Of a stretch of 13,233 bases of DNA, positions 9,590 to 13,233 are shown piece by piece. The notes below the pieces were generated by a model that was not told the origin of the DNA, made no database searches, and saw only the letters and a program-made list of their open reading frames with translations. Every line of letters begins with the position of its first letter. Position 1 is the first letter of the stretch. The stretch is taken from positions 1 to 13,233 of the forward strand of contig JBHGNT010000979.1 of assembly GCA_043228905.1 (NCBI GenBank), written 5' to 3'. This DNA is from Azolla caroliniana (taxonomy: Eukaryota > Plantae > Polypodiophyta). A program made the position numbers and the translations under genes.

Positions 9590-9827
9590 GTCGTTTGAGA
9601 ACCTGTCGGACCGACCCGTGAAGAAAATTAAGCTTCGCATACAAGGTTCTCCAATCGAAGCCCAGACCAAGGTAACTCCTGAGACCATGAAGAGAGGAAA
9701 AAAGCTTCTCTTTAACGAAGAGACAAAATCTCAGCCACATAGTGAAGTTAGCCAAAAGAAACTTGTCGCCGTTACTGGAGGCGAAGACCTTCCTGACCGA
9801 GATCTAACGGACAAGGAATTGTCATAA
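9590..9827 (+). CDS. Exon 2 of the unknown spliced gene (NLS-like PVKKIKL), truncated by the gypsy LTR
   Basis: Branch-point CTAAC 9555-9559, T-rich tract, acceptor TAG|G at 9589/9590. AG+G makes Arg, then the frame continues SFENLSDRP into the 9618-9827 ORF. The stop codon lies within the LTR. Confidence 0.6.
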
Positions 9828-9890
9828 CTAGACTCGAACCCATAACCTTTTGTTACACGGGTCGAGACTTTACCATTAGGTTATGAGTTG
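9820..9890 (-). other. tRNA-like module with Pol III A/B-box motifs at the LTR edge (not a functional tRNA)
   Basis: Minus strand CAACTCA-TA-ACCTAATGGTAAAGT-...-AGGTT-ATGGGTTCGAGTCTAGT-TATGACA: 71 nt with tRNA-like spacing. Anticodon and acceptor stems pair poorly. Confidence 0.55.
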
Positions 9891-9942
9891 TAATTTGAAG
9901 GATATTATTTTCATTTAGGTTTTATTAGGAAATTGATGTATA

Positions 9943-9990
9943 TTCCAGATTTCTCTGGAACATTCTAGAAACTTCAGGAGTATTCCTGAA
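9943..9990 (+). promoter_or_regulatory. Heat-shock element array
   Basis: TTCcaGATttCTCtgGAAcaTTCtaGAAacTTCagGAGtaTTCctGAA: 10 in-phase alternating nGAAn/nTTCn units, 7 perfect, ending 5 nt before the TATA box. Confidence 0.8.
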
Positions 9991-9995
9991 GACAC

Positions 9996-10002
9996 TATAA
10001 AA
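9996..10002 (+). promoter_or_regulatory. Gypsy LTR TATA box
   Basis: TATAAAA, 33 nt upstream of the self-primer sequence at 10029. Confidence 0.75.
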
Positions 10003-10109
10003 GGAGGCGCAAGGCATTAGTTCGAACCAAATCGGTTCAACGCCAGTCTTAAGCCTTCTAACTACTGTTGTATATCTTCCGTCATATAATACATATATCT
10101 TTCGCATCA

Positions 10110-10113
<4 letters not shown>

Positions 10114-10167
<54 letters not shown>
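10114..10167. repeat. (TC)27 microsatellite inside the gypsy LTR
   Basis: Uninterrupted TC run. Confidence 0.97.
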
Positions 10168-10171
<4 letters not shown>

Positions 10172-10306
10172 ACTCATTCCTTCTCTCAAAGTTCGACACC
10201 TCTCATAGTACTAATCCTTCTCTGTCTTAGTACTATTCCCCAACAATAGTACTAATCCTTCTTTTAGTACTAATTCCTTCTCTGCCTTAATAGAGTTCCT
10301 GACAGT

Positions 10307-10318
10307 TTGAACCGATTT
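10307..10318 (+). other. Self-priming primer-binding site
   Basis: TTGAACCGATTT is the exact reverse complement of AAATCGGTTCAA at 10029-10040. No TGG-type tRNA PBS is present. Confidence 0.8.
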
Positions 10319-10394
10319 TCCTCCTACTAGTCTCCCTCTTCCTTCTGTCTCTCTCCTTTCCTACTAGTCTCTTATTTCCCTTTTCCTTCATCCC

Positions 10395-11551
10395 ATGGCC
10401 ACCGTTAGCGCTGAAGAGTATCAATCCGTTTTCTCGGAATTTCAATGCTTGAAAGAGAAGTTTCATGCTTTGGAACAAGAAAATCAACGCTTGTTGGGGG
10501 ATCTTCAGCAAATTTCCTTAGAAAAGCAGCAAACGCAACAACAGCATGGGGAACTTGCGTTACGCGTGCAACAACTCGAAGCAACCATCGTAGCAATGCA
10601 ACAACAAGGGCACGGAGCACAAGGGATTCATAAAGAACCCAAGATTGGCCTTCCCACGAAGTTCGATGGAACGCGATCGCAGTTTAGAGGGTTTCTTAAC
10701 CAGGTACGGTTAGTTATTCAAATGCATCCGTCCCGATATCCCACCGATGCATCACGAGTGGGTTTAGTAGGCACGTTGTTAACTGGCTCAGCATTAGCAT
10801 GGTTCGCACCGCTACTAGAAAAGGAATCTCCAGTACTAAATAATTTTGAAGAATTCATAAGTGAGTTTAAAGCATGTTTTGGAGATACTGACAGCATAAG
10901 GACTGCAATCAACAAAATCCGGCGATTACGCCAAGGTGACCGTCCAGCCTCCGCATATGCTGCAGATTTCCGCCTACTCGCCGCCGATATCCCCTGGGAT
11001 GATCAAGCATTGATGGAGCAGTTCCGCTATGGTCTACGCAACGATGTCAAGGATTTACTCTTGACTTTCCCTGAAGAGCCAAAATCATTAACAGAAGCAA
11101 TCAGTCGAGCGGTCAGATGTGACAACCGCCTCTTCGAGCGACGTTCGGAACGACAATTTCAGATGCCGAGGGCAAGATCCGAGCCTACCTATGCCTCAAT
11201 GGTAGCGAAACCTTTTCAAAGGGAGTCACATAATGCGCCTCCAGTAAGTACTCCAACTCCAATGGAAATTGACACTACACGTCGTCGTGGGCCGCTATCG
11301 GAGGAGGAAAAGCAACGACGCCGAACAAACCGATTATGCCTTTAGGGCATATCGCGATAAACTGTCCCCATAGACCAAGAAGGCAGGTAAACCAAGTCAT
11401 TGTTAGTTCTGACTATACTAAACCCGAGTCTATGTCAGTAGGAATCTCTGATAATCCTCATAGTCATAATAGTCCTAATAGTACTAATAGTCCGAATCTC
11501 GCAAACAAATTTGATGTCCTTAGCCAATTAGAAGAAGAGTTAAACGACTAA
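10395..11551 (+). pseudogene. gag: Gypsy gag, with a frameshifting deletion in the zinc knuckle
   Basis: Coiled-coil N-terminus, capsid region (LRQG..ASAYAADFR..W.DQAL..QFRYGL..DVKD) and PMEID motif. The knuckle is split into RLCL* (TAG 11343-11345) and GHIAINCP in another frame that ends at 11551. Confidence 0.9.
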
Positions 11552-13233
11552 GTCCAGCCAAAATAGGAGCCGTTTGGTTGGACAGCCCTAGATCTGTGCA
11601 GCCCATTAGTGGTTCCATTCCCTCTAAGCAAGTTAGTGATGTGTTCGTAGTCCAAGTAGCAGTTAGTACTAAAAGTACCCCTCCAGTACATACCTTAGCC
11701 CTTCTAGATTCCGGAGCTAATTCTTGCTTCATGGATAGGAATTTTGCCCGAGCTCATCAGATATCTCTAAGAAAGCTCCCATGTCCAGCCTCAGTAGTAG
11801 TCATTGATGGTCGTCCCATTGCTTCTGGTAATATCATAGAAGAGTCGGAACCCGTTAATATTGTCCTAGATAACTTAACATGTGTAGTATCATTTAATAT
11901 TATTAGTATTCCAGAACATCCCATAGTTTTAGGATTACCATGGTTCGAGTTACATGACCCAGACATAGATTGGAGGACAAGGGAAATCCGGTTGCGACAA
12001 ACCCAAGGATCTACCCAGAAGGTTGCAACCATTTCGCTACGTCAGTTGCGTGAGGAAGGGCGCAAGGAGGAAATGTTTCTCTTTGCAATATCAGTACAAC
12101 CCTCCAGCACCACCAAAGAGGAGTCCACCGTTCAACTTCCCGAGAAGTATCGTCAGTATGCTGATGTGTTCGATAAAGTACAAGCCAACACACTTCCTCA
12201 TCATCGGCCGTACGACTGCGCCATCGACTTACAACCGGGAAAAGAGCCGCCATGGGGGCCGATCTACAATTTGTCACCAACCGAGCTAGAAGTCCTTCGA
12301 GCCTATATAGAGGAGAATTTGGAGAATGGTTTCATTCGGCATTCGAAATCTCCAGCCGGCGCACCCATTTTCTTCGTCAAGAAAAAAGATGGCTCGCTTC
12401 GACTCGTTGTAGATTACCGTGGCTTGAATAAGGTCACAGTAAGAAATAGGTATGCTCTTCCCCTTATCTCAAGTCTTTTAGAACGGATCAACGGTGCCAG
12501 GTTCTTCACGAAGATCGACTTACGAGGAGCCTATAACCTCGTACGGATCCGACCAGGAGATGAATGGAAGACCACGTTTCGCACCAGATATGGGCACTTC
12601 GAGTATACGGTCATGCCGTTCGGACTCACTAATGCGCCGGCAGTCTTCCAGCACATGGCGAATGATATATTTCGAGACCTCTTGGATGATTTTTTGATCA
12701 TCTATTTGGATGATCTACTGGTTTATTCAAAGACCCAAGAAGAACATGATTCTCATGTACTATTAGTACTAAAACGACTTCGAGAACATGGTCTGTATGC
12801 AAAGTTAGAGAAATGTAGTTTCGGGTGCAACCAAGTGGAGTTTCTCGGCTATGTCATCTCCTCAGAAGGCATATCTATGGACCCAGCCAAGGTCAAAACG
12901 GTGATAGAATGGCACACTCCGCGTTCGGTGCGGGATGTGCAATGCTTCCTAGGCTTTGCAAATTTCTACCGGAAGTTCATACAAAATTACTCAAAAATTG
13001 TGCTGCCTCTCACACAGCTCACCAGGAAGGGACAATCATTCATTTGGTCTAAAGAGACGGACATGGCTTTCGAGAGTCTTAAGAAGGCGTTTACATCAGC
13101 TCCAATTTTAGGTCATGTGGATCCGGAAAAACCATTCATTATCGAAGCTGATGCATCGGATTTCGCATTGGGGAGCATTCTGTCACAACAGGGTAACGAC
13201 GAGAAGCTACATCCTGTGGCTTTCCACTCCCGT
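11524..13233 (+). CDS. pol: Gypsy pol (protease, RT, start of RNase H), open to the window end
   Basis: Frame read by hand with no stop after TAG 11521-11523: LLDSGA (11701-11718), VLGLPWF, LPHHRPYDC, FVKKKDGSLRLVVDYRGLN, MPFGLTNAP, YLDD (12703-12714), FLGFANFYRKFI, EADASDFALG. Missing from the ORF track, probably because it has no stop in the window. Confidence 0.96.
11539..11590 (+). promoter_or_regulatory. Putative -1 programmed ribosomal frameshift signal
   Basis: G_TTA_AAC (11539-11545) in the gag frame inside the gag/pol overlap, then a 6-nt spacer and an 11-bp stem GTCCAGCCAAA / TTTGGTTGGAC (11552-11562 / 11573-11583). Confidence 0.75.

Larger units (their letters stand above)
4530..9819. 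mobile_element. Putative two-gene DNA transposon (Sola1-like); termini not defined
   Basis: AT-rich block between the copia LTR break and the gypsy insertion. It contains a transposase-like gene and a divergent second gene. No TIR pair is visible in the window. Confidence 0.5.
9820..10304 (+). repeat. Gypsy 5' LTR (485 bp, TGTCA...TGACA)
   Basis: 5-bp terminal inverted repeats, internal TATA box, followed by a PBS-like site. The second LTR is not in the window, so boundaries are inferred. Confidence 0.8.
9820..13233 (+). mobile_element. Ty3/gypsy LTR retrotransposon (Tcn1/Tf1-sushi chromovirus-like), runs off the window
   Basis: 5' LTR, then gag, then PR-RT-RH order. Gag motif EPKIGLPTKFDG..FL..V..Y..D..V..LL.G.ALAWF, self-priming PBS and -1 frameshift fit this group. 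Integrase and chromodomain are outside the window. Confidence 0.93.

Noticed and set aside
4530-9819. Terminal inverted repeats for the DNA element
   Set aside because: No inverted match to 4530-4600 was found by eye in the window. The right end probably lies beyond the gypsy insertion.
9820-9890. Functional tRNA gene
   Set aside because: Anticodon, T and acceptor stems do not pair properly, and only the A/B-box-like motifs remain.
9925-10173. (ER)n ORF on the minus strand
   Set aside because: Translation of the (TC)27 microsatellite in the LTR.
10287-13052. Short alternative-frame and antisense ORFs over gypsy gag/pol
   Set aside because: They overlap the clearly coding gag and pol frames and have no independent support.

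Overview
Eukaryotic, probably land-plant, transposon-dense region with four juxtaposed or nested elements and no recognisable host gene. (1) 1-130 is a probable decayed LINE RT fragment. (2) 131-4529 (-) is a degenerate Tnt1-like Ty1/copia LTR retrotransposon: complete 680-bp 3' LTR, PPT, tRNA-iMet PBS, and a 5' LTR cut off at 4529. (3) ~4530-9819 is a putative two-gene DNA transposon. It has a Sola1-like DDD transposase frame (7668->4888, one in-frame TAG) and a divergent spliced gene missed by the ORF track (exons 8491-8525 and 9590-9827). That gene's intron holds 12 copies of a CpG-rich 33-bp palindrome separated by two spacer types that occur in both orientations. (4) 9820-end (+) is a Tcn1/Tf1-like Ty3/gypsy element inserted into exon 2 of that gene. 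Its LTR has an antisense tRNA-like A/B-box module, a long heat-shock-element array and a self-priming PBS complement, and gag-pol are joined by a probable -1 frameshift signal. Family names come from motif recognition by eye, not database searches.
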